Notes: generated by a model not told the origin, from the sequence alone. 64,000 nt of DNA from Candidatus Hodarchaeota archaeon (GCA_048886685.1 JBHLKM010000008.1:96001-160000); one strand, 5' to 3'; numbered from the stretch's first letter, positions 10,239-20,731 are shown. A program made the numbers and translations.

Positions 10239-11072
10239 ATGGAATATGAACAAATAATTTTTGAAACTTCAGAGGAGATTGCTACGATTACTCTAAATAG
10301 ACCAGAACGTTTGAATGCATGGACGTGGCAGATGGGCATGGAGGTGTGGGATGCACTGATGAAAGTGGAAGATGACCCTAATCTACGTGTTACAATTCTA
10401 ACTGGAGCAGGGAGGGGTTTTTGTGCAGGTGCAGATTTATCAGGAGGTGGTTCTACCTTTGATCCCTCAAAGCGTTCACGTGAAGAGCAAGAACAAAGAG
10501 ATAGGCGTGGAATAGCAATAAGTAGGTATTTTTCATTAAAGAAACCTGTAATAGTTGCGATTAATGGCCCAACTGTCGGGGTAGGTGTCACATTTATTCT
10601 ACCTTTTGACATCAGAATCGCATCTGAGAGTGCTCGTATAGGAATTGTCTTTAATCGACGTGGTGTTATACCTGAAATCGCCTGTCCTTGGATATTACCT
10701 CGTATCGTTGGGCTAAGTCGTGCTGCTGAACTAATGTATACTGGGAGAATATTAAATGCTCAAGAATCTTTAGAATTTGGACTCGTTAGTCGAGTTGTAC
10801 CAGATGATAAATTAATGGAGACCGCCCAAGAAATCGCTGATGAAATATTATTAAATGCACCTGTGAGTGTTGCTCTTACAAAAGTGATGTTATATCAATT
10901 TCTTACTGAACCAGACGCAGAGAAGGCAGAGAGGATTAACCACCGATATTTTACATGGACGGGATTGCAGCCAGATGCGCGTGAAGGAGTGATGTCTTTC
11001 CTTCAAAAGAGAAGACCTGAATGGAAATTAAAAGTACCTGGAGACTTACCTGATTTTTTCCCATTAGAGTGA
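10239..11072 (+). CDS. Enoyl-CoA hydratase/isomerase family
   Basis: LNRPERLNA, GFCAGADL, AINGPTVGVG; SD AGGAGG. Confidence 0.92.
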   Translation: MEYEQIIFETSEEIATITLNRPERLNAWTWQMGMEVWDALMKVEDDPNLRVTILTGAGRGFCAGADLSGGGSTFDPSKRSREEQEQRDRRGIAISRYFSLKKPVIVAINGPTVGVGVTFILPFDIRIASESARIGIVFNRRGVIPEIACPWILPRIVGLSRAAELMYTGRILNAQESLEFGLVSRVVPDDKLMETAQEIADEILLNAPVSVALTKVMLYQFLTEPDAEKAERINHRYFTWTGLQPDAREGVMSFLQKRRPEWKLKVPGDLPDFFPLE

Positions 11073-11079
11073 AATTAAA

Positions 11080-11436
11080 ATGTGTGCAAAGTTTAGGGGT
11101 ATCCCCGCATTAATATATTCAGGACTATGGAGACGGCAAATATTTGGGAAATTAAAAAATGATTTTCCAGAACGAATTGAATTCGTGGTGTTTATAAAAG
11201 ATCAACCCCCTGCCGTTTTGATTAAAATTGACAATGGAAATTTCGAGATGGAAAAATTAGAGGGAGTTAAGGAGATTTCAGAGTTAGAAAAAATGGAATG
11301 TGATGGATACTTTGCCGCATCTCAGAAATATGTTTTTGGAGGTCCTATTGCTTTACAGAAAGGGATTGAGGAGGGAAAAGTTAAAATGAAAAATGAAGCA
11401 ATTATCTTTTCAATATTACTTAGAATTAGAACTTAG
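11080..11436 (+). CDS. Hypothetical protein, SCP2 (sterol carrier)-like
   Basis: 118 aa; IKIDNG...CDGYF...GIEEGKVKMK resembles the SCP2 pattern; operonic spacing. Confidence 0.5.
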   Translation: MCAKFRGIPALIYSGLWRRQIFGKLKNDFPERIEFVVFIKDQPPAVLIKIDNGNFEMEKLEGVKEISELEKMECDGYFAASQKYVFGGPIALQKGIEEGKVKMKNEAIIFSILLRIRT

Positions 11437-11452
11437 ATAGGGGTGTTAAATT

Positions 11453-12610
11453 GTGATTAAAGTTCAAAAAATGTCAGCTCTTGAAAGAATAACAACAGTT
11501 CTAGAGGGAAAAATACCAGATAGAGTTCCCAGCTTTATCTTAGGTGGTGATTGTGATTTTGTATACAGATTTATGAATTCACCTTATAAACTTACAGAAG
11601 AGGATATGAAACTATTAGATAATGATCGGATTTCTTTTATGATTCCTTTTATCCATTCAATAGTTGCTAAATTTTCTCCTCCTGATATTTTTCCTGGAGG
11701 TCTCGATGCTAAAATTGATATGTGTTGGAGTACGACTGGTGGGGGATTCATACAATTAAGCTTCACCGATCAAGTCTTAACTAATAATGGTGGCACGTTT
11801 GATGCGGTTGTAAAAGAAGATGGAATACCACACTTCTGGTTTACGGGACCGGCACTATTAAAAAAAGAATATATAGAAGAATATTGGGAAAGGGAAAAAA
11901 ATTTGAAACCAAATCCCGCAGCCTTTCAAAATTTATCTAGAATTAGGAAAACTATGTTAGAGAAATATGATATTGTAGTTTCTCAGGGAATAACTGGTCC
12001 ATTTGAGAACTGTGTGTTTGGGATAGGACATGCAAATTTCGCTCGTTTTGCGAGGAAAGATCCAAGTTTCCTTCAACAACATATGGATTTCCAATGGGAA
12101 ACGATTGAAGAACCCTCTTTGAAGTTGTTAATGAAGCAAAAACCTGATGTGGTAATGTGTGGAGATGACTATGGTTTTAATGCAGGATTACAAATGAATG
12201 TTAAAAACTGGCGTAAATTTATTAAACCAAAATTAGCAGAATATGTTAAATATGCTCATGATGGTGCTGCTAAGTTTGTTATACATAGTTGTGGTAATAT
12301 AGCTGAGATATTCCCTGATTTTGTTGAAATTGGAATTGATGGGGTAGAATCTTTAAAACCAAAAAATAACGATTTAAAAATGTATAGAGAAAAATATCCT
12401 GAAATTACATTGATTGGTACTGTTGATGATTCAGAAATGTTAAAATATGAATCACCTGGATTTATTAGAAATTCAATTCGAGATGATATTCAAACTTTAG
12501 GAAAGAAAGGTGGCTATATACCGGGTCCAACAAATTTCTTATTGGATCAACCCCCTGAAAACATAGTTGCTCTATTTAAAGCGATACAGGATTACGGAAA
12601 AATATATTAA
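11453..12610 (+). CDS. Uroporphyrinogen decarboxylase superfamily (MtaA/CmuA-like) protein
   Basis: MSALERI...PDRVP, GDDYG, HSCGN, GGYI. Confidence 0.85.
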   Translation: MIKVQKMSALERITTVLEGKIPDRVPSFILGGDCDFVYRFMNSPYKLTEEDMKLLDNDRISFMIPFIHSIVAKFSPPDIFPGGLDAKIDMCWSTTGGGFIQLSFTDQVLTNNGGTFDAVVKEDGIPHFWFTGPALLKKEYIEEYWEREKNLKPNPAAFQNLSRIRKTMLEKYDIVVSQGITGPFENCVFGIGHANFARFARKDPSFLQQHMDFQWETIEEPSLKLLMKQKPDVVMCGDDYGFNAGLQMNVKNWRKFIKPKLAEYVKYAHDGAAKFVIHSCGNIAEIFPDFVEIGIDGVESLKPKNNDLKMYREKYPEITLIGTVDDSEMLKYESPGFIRNSIRDDIQTLGKKGGYIPGPTNFLLDQPPENIVALFKAIQDYGKIY

Positions 12611-12680
12611 GTATAAGTTTTTTTTTAATAGAATATAATTATAATCACTTATAAGTATCAAAATAACTAGATGAATTTTA

Positions 12681-13733
12681 ATGGTTATTGAGACGAATAT
12701 AACTAAGATGCTTGGAATTAAGCATCCTATAATTTCAGCTCCAATGGGTCCATTTTTTACGACTGAACTAACTATAGCTGTTTCAGAAGCTGGAGGTCTT
12801 GGAGTATTGAGTCATACTGGTTTACTCAGCGAATTTCAAGCTCGTAGATTTCCTACAGAGATAATGAAAGAGAATATGCTTAATGTGATTGAACATACTG
12901 ATAAACCTTTTGGTTTTAATATCAGAACTTCCCGAACTGAGCAAAGTGGGGCGAGAATTTGTAAAGAAATTCCAAAATTCCTATTAGAAAATCAAAGGGT
13001 TCGAGAACAATGCGTATATGTTGTAACTAGTGCAGGGTCTTCAAGAATCTTGCCTGAATCAAAATCTTTCCAAAAATTGAGGGAAAACGGTTCAAGTATC
13101 AAACATTTTCATGTTGCCCCTGCACTTTGGCTTGCAGATAAATGTGTTGCTACAGGTGTGGATGGTTTGGTGATTACTGGTGGTGAAGGAGGGGGACATC
13201 AATCATATGAAAGAGTAAGTACTCTTGTTTTGTTGCAACAGGTTATACAGAAATATCCAGATTATCCTGTTGTGGCATGCGGTGGATTTGCAACGGGGCA
13301 AGGTCTTGCGTCTGCTTTAGCCATGGGTGCTGGGGCTGTTGCGATGGGCTCACGGTTTATTGCATCTAATGAAAGTGAATTTCATGATACCTATAAGAAT
13401 ATAGTTCCTCCCGCAAAAGCTCAAGATACAATACTAACTACTGGTGCATTAGGGCTTATTCGCTTATGGAAAAATGAATATTCACTCCATCATGAACTTG
13501 TTGCAAATAAAGAAGAAAAATTGGCTCAAGAAGCAGCAATTACTCCAGAAGAAGCAACTGAAATAGCAGAAAAATACGAATTAGCCTACCGAGGCAATAT
13601 CAACGACGGTGCGGTGCCTCTAGGACAAAGCATTGGAGCTATTGATAAAATTGAAGATGTATCTAGTATTATTGATAGGATAATTAAGCATGCGGAAAAA
13701 AACTTGAGAAAAGTCTATTCTTATTTAAAGTAA
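12681..13733 (+). CDS. Nitronate monooxygenase/FabK-like FMN enzyme
   Basis: PIISAPMG, SEAGGLG, GGEGGGH, ACGGF, MGSRF. Confidence 0.9.
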   Translation: MVIETNITKMLGIKHPIISAPMGPFFTTELTIAVSEAGGLGVLSHTGLLSEFQARRFPTEIMKENMLNVIEHTDKPFGFNIRTSRTEQSGARICKEIPKFLLENQRVREQCVYVVTSAGSSRILPESKSFQKLRENGSSIKHFHVAPALWLADKCVATGVDGLVITGGEGGGHQSYERVSTLVLLQQVIQKYPDYPVVACGGFATGQGLASALAMGAGAVAMGSRFIASNESEFHDTYKNIVPPAKAQDTILTTGALGLIRLWKNEYSLHHELVANKEEKLAQEAAITPEEATEIAEKYELAYRGNINDGAVPLGQSIGAIDKIEDVSSIIDRIIKHAEKNLRKVYSYLK

Positions 13734-13900
13734 ATTTTATTTTTTCTTTTTTAGCTTTTTTTAAAGAACTACCTTGAAGTGAATACTTTAAAATTAATAA
13801 CTGAAGGATTCTAGAATAACTTTAATAAAACTATATATTTACAAAAAACAAAATAAATTCTAAAAAATCTAAAATTATCAATATTCTATTGGTAGATAAT

Positions 13901-16210
13901 ATGGTAAGTCAAGAAATAGATGATGAAGGAGTAAAAATTGTAAAAACTACTTCTGCCTTTGATTGCGGAGGTCGGTGTCTCTTAAGGTTTCATGTTAAGG
14001 ATGGAAAGGTTATAAGAGTAGAAGGTGATGATTTTCCTGATCCTGACCAACAGCTAAGAGCATGTTTAAGGTGTAGGTCAATCAGACAGTATATTTATCA
14101 TCCAGAAAGATTAAGATATCCCTTAAAAAGAGCTGGTCCAAAGGGTTCCGGCAAGTTTGAAAGGATTTCATGGGATGAAGCATTAGACACTATCGCAGAG
14201 AAATTAAAAGAAACTATAGAGAAATATGGAAATCAAAGCATCCTATATATTACTGGAGGAGGTTATTTAGGAGCTTTACATAGTGCCGGAGCGGCTTATG
14301 CAAGATTATTAAATGCACTTGGAGGATTTTCAAGCTCATACGGTAATATTTCTTCTCAAGGAGCTATTTTTGGAACTCAAGCGTCATACGGTTTTGGTCA
14401 GATTTTTGTTGGTAATAGTCGAGAAGACTGGTTGAATACCAAATTGATCATCTGTTGGGGCTGGGATCCCGCACGCCAGATTTCAGGGACAAATACGTTA
14501 TGGTGGCTAATTAAAGCTAAAGAAAATGGGGCTAAAGTTATTGTAATTGACCCACGTTATTCAGATACAGCTTTAGTGGTAGCAGATCAATGGATTCCTA
14601 TCATTCCTGGAACAGATACAGCTATGATGGCAGCCATGGCAAATGTTATGCTTCGAGAAAATTTATATGATCAGGAGTTTCTCGATAAATACACTCATGG
14701 TTTTGATAAATACAGAGATTATGTCTTGGGTGATGAAGATGGAATTCCAAAAACTCCCGAATGGGCTGAAAAAATTTGTGGCGTACCAGCTTCAACCATT
14801 GAGAATTTAGCTCGAGAATACGCCACAACTAAACCTGCAGCGTTAGAAGATTGCCAGGGCCCTGCTCGCTCAGCAATGGGTGGTCAATACACACGAGGAG
14901 CTATTACACTTTCTGCAATGACAGGAAATATCGGAAAACCTGGCGGAAGTGCTTGTGGTGGACTCCATGGGATTCCTTATGGTCATATGTTTAGGGGAAT
15001 TATAATTCCTCCAGGTGCTAATAAAGCATGGCCAAAAGGAAAATCCCTGAGAGGAAATATTAACCCAAGAGATCGTTTAGACACTCGAGTCCATGTAAAT
15101 AAGATCTTTGATGCCATTCTTAACGGTAAAGCAGGTGGATTTCCTATGGACGTTAAATTTGCTTGGTTCTGTGTATGTGATTTCTTAAACCAGATAGGAA
15201 ATGCGAATAAATCCGCAAAAGCTTTAAGTCGCGAAGATTTGTTTACTGTTGTTCCAGAATTATGGTTAACTCCTACTGCTCAATATGCTGATATCGTTCT
15301 TCCTGTAACTGGATTTCCGACAAGGAGTGAGCTTACAAGACCATGGCCCTCAGGACCTTATTTTGGTCATATGAATAAAGCTATTGAACCTATCGGTGAA
15401 TGTAAGGACGATATCGAAATAGCGGAATTATTAGCTGAGAGACTAGGTATTAAAAATTTTAAAAGAGAGGAACTTCTTGAACTATATTTAAAGAATCCCC
15501 AACTCGCTCCTGCGAAACCCCTTATAGATCAATATGTTGATATCAATGATAAATGGCTTCGCTTGCTCTCTCTCATGGCACAAGATGTTCGGGAAAATAT
15601 AAAAGATTATGATAAATATAAAAGAGAAGGAATCCATCGAGTCGAACTAAAAGAACCATATGTAGCATTTAAAAAGAATATAGATGATATTGAAAAAAAT
15701 CCATTCCCAACGCCTTCTGGGAAGATTGAGATATATTCCGATCAAATTGCAAGCTGGAATCGTCCTAATTGTCCACCTATTGCGAAATATGTACCAACAT
15801 GGGAAAATCGGGATGATCCCTTAGCAGAAAAATATCCACTTCAATTAATATCACCGCATCCAAGGCAACGGGTACATTCAGAACTCTATAAAATCGAATG
15901 GCTCATGGAAGCAATACCTCATCGTATGTGGATAAATCCTGCTGATGCAGAACCTAGAGGTATTAGAAATGGTGATATGTGTTTAGTCTTTAACGATAGA
16001 GGTACAGTAGCAATTGAAGCGTTTGTCACAAGAAGAATTATGACAGGTGTAGTTTGTATTTATGAAGGTGCCTGGTACAATCCTGATGAGAATGGAATAG
16101 ACAGGGGTGCTTGTGCAAATACCCTAACAAAGGATGAAATGGCTGAAGGTGGTGCGGCTGCGTTGAAAACATGTTTAGTTCAAGTAAAATTGGAGAAGGG
16201 AGGTGAATAA
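13901..16210 (+). CDS. Molybdopterin oxidoreductase catalytic subunit, DmsA-like, no Tat signal
   Basis: SAFDCGGRC...RACLRC, ERISWDEAL, IDPRYSDT, PGTD, ADIVLP, TPSGKIEI, PHPRQRVHS; no twin-arginine leader. Confidence 0.9.
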   Translation: MVSQEIDDEGVKIVKTTSAFDCGGRCLLRFHVKDGKVIRVEGDDFPDPDQQLRACLRCRSIRQYIYHPERLRYPLKRAGPKGSGKFERISWDEALDTIAEKLKETIEKYGNQSILYITGGGYLGALHSAGAAYARLLNALGGFSSSYGNISSQGAIFGTQASYGFGQIFVGNSREDWLNTKLIICWGWDPARQISGTNTLWWLIKAKENGAKVIVIDPRYSDTALVVADQWIPIIPGTDTAMMAAMANVMLRENLYDQEFLDKYTHGFDKYRDYVLGDEDGIPKTPEWAEKICGVPASTIENLAREYATTKPAALEDCQGPARSAMGGQYTRGAITLSAMTGNIGKPGGSACGGLHGIPYGHMFRGIIIPPGANKAWPKGKSLRGNINPRDRLDTRVHVNKIFDAILNGKAGGFPMDVKFAWFCVCDFLNQIGNANKSAKALSREDLFTVVPELWLTPTAQYADIVLPVTGFPTRSELTRPWPSGPYFGHMNKAIEPIGECKDDIEIAELLAERLGIKNFKREELLELYLKNPQLAPAKPLIDQYVDINDKWLRLLSLMAQDVRENIKDYDKYKREGIHRVELKEPYVAFKKNIDDIEKNPFPTPSGKIEIYSDQIASWNRPNCPPIAKYVPTWENRDDPLAEKYPLQLISPHPRQRVHSELYKIEWLMEAIPHRMWINPADAEPRGIRNGDMCLVFNDRGTVAIEAFVTRRIMTGVVCIYEGAWYNPDENGIDRGACANTLTKDEMAEGGAAALKTCLVQVKLEKGGE

Positions 16211-16212
16211 AG

Positions 16213-18219
16213 ATGCAGGTAGGATTTTATTTTGATCAAACAAGATGTGCAGGTTGTAATGCTTGCAGAGTGGCATGTAAAGATTGGCATGACCAACCAT
16301 CAGGTCCAGCATCATGGATGAGAATAAATTACTTTGAAGAAAGGCCATTTCCGAACGTTTTTGCTTGCTATCTTATATCGAATTGCTATCACTGTGAGGA
16401 ACCTGTTTGTTCTTATATTTGTCCGAATGAGGCAGTAAGTAAAAGAGAGGAAGATGGGATTGTTGTGGTAGACAAAGACAAATGTAGAGAAGAAGTTCCA
16501 TGTGGCATAATTTCAAAAGAAAAAATGGGTCCTAATTATTTATATGGTGAATCTCAAGCTCCTTGTCAAACCGCATGTCCAGTTCATCTCCATATTCCCG
16601 CTTATACTGCTTTAATAGCGAAAGGTAAGTTTAAAGAATCCTTGGATTTAATAAGACGAAGGATGCCATTACCTTCTGTATGTGGTCGCGTTTGTCTTCA
16701 TCCATGTGAAGAAGTTTGTGCTCGAAAAGAAGTGGATCAGGCAATCGCAATAGAAGCGTTAAAAGGATTCGTAGCAGATAATGTATCTGAAGAGCCACCA
16801 AAACGCATAGAGCAAACTCAAACAGAAAAAGTTGCGATAATTGGGTCCGGTCCTGCGGGTTTGGCAGCAGCGTATGACCTTATAAGATTAGGTTATGATG
16901 TTACAATCTTTGAAGCATTGTCCAATGCTGGAGGTATGCTGACCGTAGGAATTCCAGAACACAGGTTACCACGTGATATACTCAACAGGGATATTAACTA
17001 CATTAAAGCACTTGGGGTAGATATCAAGACTAATACTACAATAGATCTAAATCAAGGTTTAAGTGATCTTTTAAAACAAGGATATGGAGCGGTACTGGTT
17101 GCAATTGGGGCTCATAAAGGGAAGAAACTCGATATACCGGGAGCTGATTTAGATGGGGTATTAGTAGGAACCTCATTCATGCGAGATATTAATCTTGGTA
17201 AAGATGTTAATCTTGGTAATAAAGTAATAGTTATAGGTGGAGGAAATGTTGCTATGGATTGTGCGCGTGCTGCCCGTCGTCTTGGTGTTGAAAAGGTAGG
17301 TGTATCTTGTCTCGAATGTTGTGATGATATGCCAGCTGATGTATTAGAAGTGGAGCAAGCTCGTGAAGAAGGAATTGAGATCTATGATTCTCGTACATTC
17401 ACAAAAATTGTAAGTAACAATGGAAAAGTTTCTGGAGTAGGATGTCTTGAGATTACAGGATGTACTTTTGATGATGATGGAGAAGCCCATTTTGATGTGG
17501 TAAGTGATGAAGAACACACTTTAGAGGCTGATACAGTTATTTTTGCTATTGGTCAAGTTCCTGAAGTAAATAATTCTGGGATAATAAAAACCAGCAAGAT
17601 GGGTACTATCACCGCAGATCCTGAGACTTTAATGCTTGAAACTGAAGGAATATTTGTTGCTGGAGATTGTTTTAGCGGCGTGGCAAGTATTATTGATGCT
17701 ATAGCAAGTGGTCAAAAATCCGCATCGAAAATCCATCGTTATCTTCAGGGCGATATACTTAGAGTTAGACCCATTCCAGAAATTCCAGCAACCGATATAA
17801 AAGTTGATATTCCTTCAGACACAGAGAAAAAAGAGCGTCAACCGATGCCAGTTCTATCAGCATCCGAAAGAGTTAACAATTTCAAGGAGGTCACCTTAGG
17901 ATTCAGTGAAGAAGCTGCTATAGCTGAAGCCGAGAGATGTCTTAATTGTGCAGGCCACTTATGTAAAGATGCTTGTCCCTATTCTGCTCCTCAATTTGTT
18001 GAGGAAGAAAAAGCAAGGATGCAAAAATGTAATTATTGTGTTGATAGATTTGATATTGGAAAACAACCTATATGTGTTGAGGCTTGTTATGCACGTGCTT
18101 TAGATTCTGGTACATTAGAGGAATTAAGGTCAAAATATGGAGATATTAAAGAATCACCGGGTTTTTCTTATTCAACAAGTGCTAAACCAGCAATTATTTT
18201 TAAACCAAAAAAGAAATAA
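16213..18219 (+). CDS. DmsB-like Fe-S subunit with inserted GltD/NfnB-like FAD/NAD(P) module
   Basis: N-terminal MQVGFYFDQTRCAGCNACRVAC and CYHCEEPVC; central APCQTACP, CGRVCLHPCEEVC, GSGPAG, GGGNVAMD; C-terminal ACPYSAPQF, KCNYC, PICVEAC. Confidence 0.88.
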   Translation: MQVGFYFDQTRCAGCNACRVACKDWHDQPSGPASWMRINYFEERPFPNVFACYLISNCYHCEEPVCSYICPNEAVSKREEDGIVVVDKDKCREEVPCGIISKEKMGPNYLYGESQAPCQTACPVHLHIPAYTALIAKGKFKESLDLIRRRMPLPSVCGRVCLHPCEEVCARKEVDQAIAIEALKGFVADNVSEEPPKRIEQTQTEKVAIIGSGPAGLAAAYDLIRLGYDVTIFEALSNAGGMLTVGIPEHRLPRDILNRDINYIKALGVDIKTNTTIDLNQGLSDLLKQGYGAVLVAIGAHKGKKLDIPGADLDGVLVGTSFMRDINLGKDVNLGNKVIVIGGGNVAMDCARAARRLGVEKVGVSCLECCDDMPADVLEVEQAREEGIEIYDSRTFTKIVSNNGKVSGVGCLEITGCTFDDDGEAHFDVVSDEEHTLEADTVIFAIGQVPEVNNSGIIKTSKMGTITADPETLMLETEGIFVAGDCFSGVASIIDAIASGQKSASKIHRYLQGDILRVRPIPEIPATDIKVDIPSDTEKKERQPMPVLSASERVNNFKEVTLGFSEEAAIAEAERCLNCAGHLCKDACPYSAPQFVEEEKARMQKCNYCVDRFDIGKQPICVEACYARALDSGTLEELRSKYGDIKESPGFSYSTSAKPAIIFKPKKK

Positions 18220-18230
18220 GCAAACCAATT

Positions 18231-18253
18231 CTTTTTATTTTTTTTTCTTTTTT
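18231..18253 (+). terminator. Oligo-T archaeal terminator
   Basis: CTTTTTATTTTTTTTTCTTTTTT directly after the stop of 16213..18219. Confidence 0.55.
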
Positions 18254-18295
18254 ATTAATTATTATATTTTTAATATTTTAGGGGACTATTTAGAT

Positions 18296-19453
18296 ATGGA
18301 TGAAGAAATCGAAATTCATGGTTTTTGTGATGAGAGGTTAACGGCTGTAAAAGAAGCCTTTACCAAAAATTTCAAAGTAGATGGAGATGTTGGAGCTAGT
18401 TTTGCAGCTACTCTAAATGGGAAGTTTATTATTGATATATGGGGTGGTTATACTGATGAGGCTAAATCGAGACCTTGGGAAGAAAACACCATAATAAATG
18501 TATATTCAACAACCAAAGTGATGACTATAATATGCGCACTCATGTTAGTCGATCGAGGATTACTCGATCTTGATGCTCCCGTAGCTACGTACTGGCCAGA
18601 ATTCGCGCGAAACGGAAAAGAGAAAATTTTAGTTAGACAAATTTTCAGTCATTCTTCTGGTTTAGCTGGATGGGAAGAAAAAATTAGTGTCGAAGATCTT
18701 TACAATTGGGATAAAGTTGTTAACTTACTAGCTGCTCAAAAACCATGGTGGGAACCAGGAACCAAGAGTGGGTATCATGGTATTACACATGGTTATCTTT
18801 TAGGGGAGTTAGTTAGGCGTATAACTGGTAAATCTTTAGGTACTTTTTTTAAAGAAGAAGTAGCTGATCCACTCAATGCGGATTTCCATATTGGTTTTGG
18901 CAAAGAACATGATAAAAGAGTAGCCGATTTAATACCTTTTAAAGCCCCTCAAGAGGGTGATCTAGGTTTTGGAGATACCGATCCTAATTCTATTTTTAAT
19001 CGTGTTTTTTCTAATCCTGAGTTAACGACAGAACATATAAAAACGAGAGAATGGCGTGCTGCTGAAATTCCTGCAGCAGGAGGACACGGAAACGCAAGAT
19101 CCATAGCAAGAATCGCATCAACTATTGCATGTGGTGGTGAAGTGGATGGTGTTCGAATTTTAAAAACGGAAACAATTAAAAAAGCAATGGAAGAGCAAAA
19201 TTATATGAAAGATCTTGTTTTGTTAATGCCAATTCGATGGGGTCTTGGTTTTGGAATTCCAAGTAAAGAGATACCTTACCCATCCCAAAATACAGTATGG
19301 TGGGGTGGAGCAGGAGGAAGTCTAGTCGTGATGGACTTGGATAATAAAATAAGTCTCTCTTATGTAATGAACCAAATGAAAATGACGACAATGGGAGACA
19401 GGCGAACTGCTAGATTAATAATGTCTCTGTATGCTGGCTTGAATAAAATATAA
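18296..19453 (+). CDS. Serine hydrolase, beta-lactamase-related esterase family
   Basis: YSTTK (SxxK), HSSGL, GYHG, WGGAGGS; ATG 18296 follows AGGGGA, and the upstream ORF extension crosses a T-tract. Confidence 0.9.
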   Translation: MDEEIEIHGFCDERLTAVKEAFTKNFKVDGDVGASFAATLNGKFIIDIWGGYTDEAKSRPWEENTIINVYSTTKVMTIICALMLVDRGLLDLDAPVATYWPEFARNGKEKILVRQIFSHSSGLAGWEEKISVEDLYNWDKVVNLLAAQKPWWEPGTKSGYHGITHGYLLGELVRRITGKSLGTFFKEEVADPLNADFHIGFGKEHDKRVADLIPFKAPQEGDLGFGDTDPNSIFNRVFSNPELTTEHIKTREWRAAEIPAAGGHGNARSIARIASTIACGGEVDGVRILKTETIKKAMEEQNYMKDLVLLMPIRWGLGFGIPSKEIPYPSQNTVWWGGAGGSLVVMDLDNKISLSYVMNQMKMTTMGDRRTARLIMSLYAGLNKI

Positions 19454-19463
19454 AATTTATTAT

Positions 19464-20645
19464 TTATATATTTGCTAATTGATTACTTAAATCTATAAGA
19501 CCCATAGCAATCTTAGCTGTTTTATTAATATCCACAGCATGGGGCCACCGATCATTAGGATGATGGAAGAATTGATGGTTTGTATCAATAATTGAAAAAT
19601 ATTCACCTCCTCCTTCAAAAATGTTTTGAGCTTCTCCCCATGGCCTCCTTTGTCCAGGGACGCTCCATTTTGGAATGATTCTAAATTTTTTCAACGCTTC
19701 AAGAGCCAAATTTTCAATTTCTGAATTAGAAGACTGAATTATAACAGTGGGGATAAGAACTCCGTCCTGATCTATTTGGGGTAAGGTTGATAAGTTCGCT
19801 CCTAGGTGTATCCAACATGAAACATTTTTTATCAAACTTGAATTTTTTTCCAGATAGTTATCAAGTCCCAGATGTCCTAATTCATGACCTGAAGTAGCCA
19901 AAAAAATAATATCTCTTTTTGGTAAATTAAAGTAGAAGTTACGCAATATTTCTAAAAAAATTGCTATTCCTCCAGCTCTTTCTGACGCACAATTCCACCA
20001 TCCGCTTCGTGGGGTCATTATTACCATTGGATTTAATTTAGAATCTTTTCCGTTCAATCGAGAGACTATATTGAATGCTTTTGTATTCGTTTTCTTAATT
20101 TTAAAATTTAAAATTGCTTCATTTCCTAAATTTGAGGTTATCCATTCCAAATACCTACCTGAAATCTGTAAAGTTGGTGGTCCAAAAGGTTCTTGGAAAT
20201 TTACAGCATTAATAAGCGAAAGTCCAGGAGTATTTCCCTCAGTTACAAGGACCAATCCTAAATGTCTATTAATCTTTCTTATCTTGTCTAACTTTCTTAT
20301 TGTGTTATTATTTACACGTGAAATGCCAATAGTATTCTCATTTTCAATTTTTCCTAATTTACCCTTGATAAACTCTTCATTTGGGACTATACAATCAAAA
20401 AGAGGTACACCATCTATTTTTTTATTATTAATCTCTAATGAAGCTTCATTAATATCAATTCTATTGAATATAAATTCCTCCATCTTAGGCTTAAGTCCTA
20501 TTTTTTTTATTTCATCACATAACCAATAAGCGCTATCAGAATCAACTTTGGTTCCTGTACGATGGATTCCTTGATTATCATAATCTTTAATAATTCTATT
20601 TATACGTTCTTTTAATTCTTGGATTTTATTAGATTTATTAGACAT
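19464..20645 (-). CDS. M28-peptidase-fold-like hypothetical protein
   Basis: HRTGT, MTPRSGWW, ERAGGIA, FLATSGHELG, FHHPNDRW resemble a degenerate Zn-exopeptidase fold. Confidence 0.55.
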   Translation of the reverse strand: MSNKSNKIQELKERINRIIKDYDNQGIHRTGTKVDSDSAYWLCDEIKKIGLKPKMEEFIFNRIDINEASLEINNKKIDGVPLFDCIVPNEEFIKGKLGKIENENTIGISRVNNNTIRKLDKIRKINRHLGLVLVTEGNTPGLSLINAVNFQEPFGPPTLQISGRYLEWITSNLGNEAILNFKIKKTNTKAFNIVSRLNGKDSKLNPMVIMTPRSGWWNCASERAGGIAIFLEILRNFYFNLPKRDIIFLATSGHELGHLGLDNYLEKNSSLIKNVSCWIHLGANLSTLPQIDQDGVLIPTVIIQSSNSEIENLALEALKKFRIIPKWSVPGQRRPWGEAQNIFEGGGEYFSIIDTNHQFFHHPNDRWPHAVDINKTAKIAMGLIDLSNQLANI

Positions 20646-20731
20646 AATTAAAGACTTTACCTTTACTATTGGGTATTATTTCACAAAGAAATAAAAAAAT
20701 ATAAAAAAAAATTTAAGATATTTTCTATAAA

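Noticed and set aside
17189-17219. TTAATCTTGGTAA repeated with an 18-nt period
   Set aside because: In-frame micro-duplication (INLGK/VNLGN) within a coding loop; no wider structure
18137-18295. N-terminal extension of the serine hydrolase in the ORF track
   Set aside because: It overlaps the upstream gene and runs through a T-tract (FYFFFFF); family similarity starts at ATG 18296
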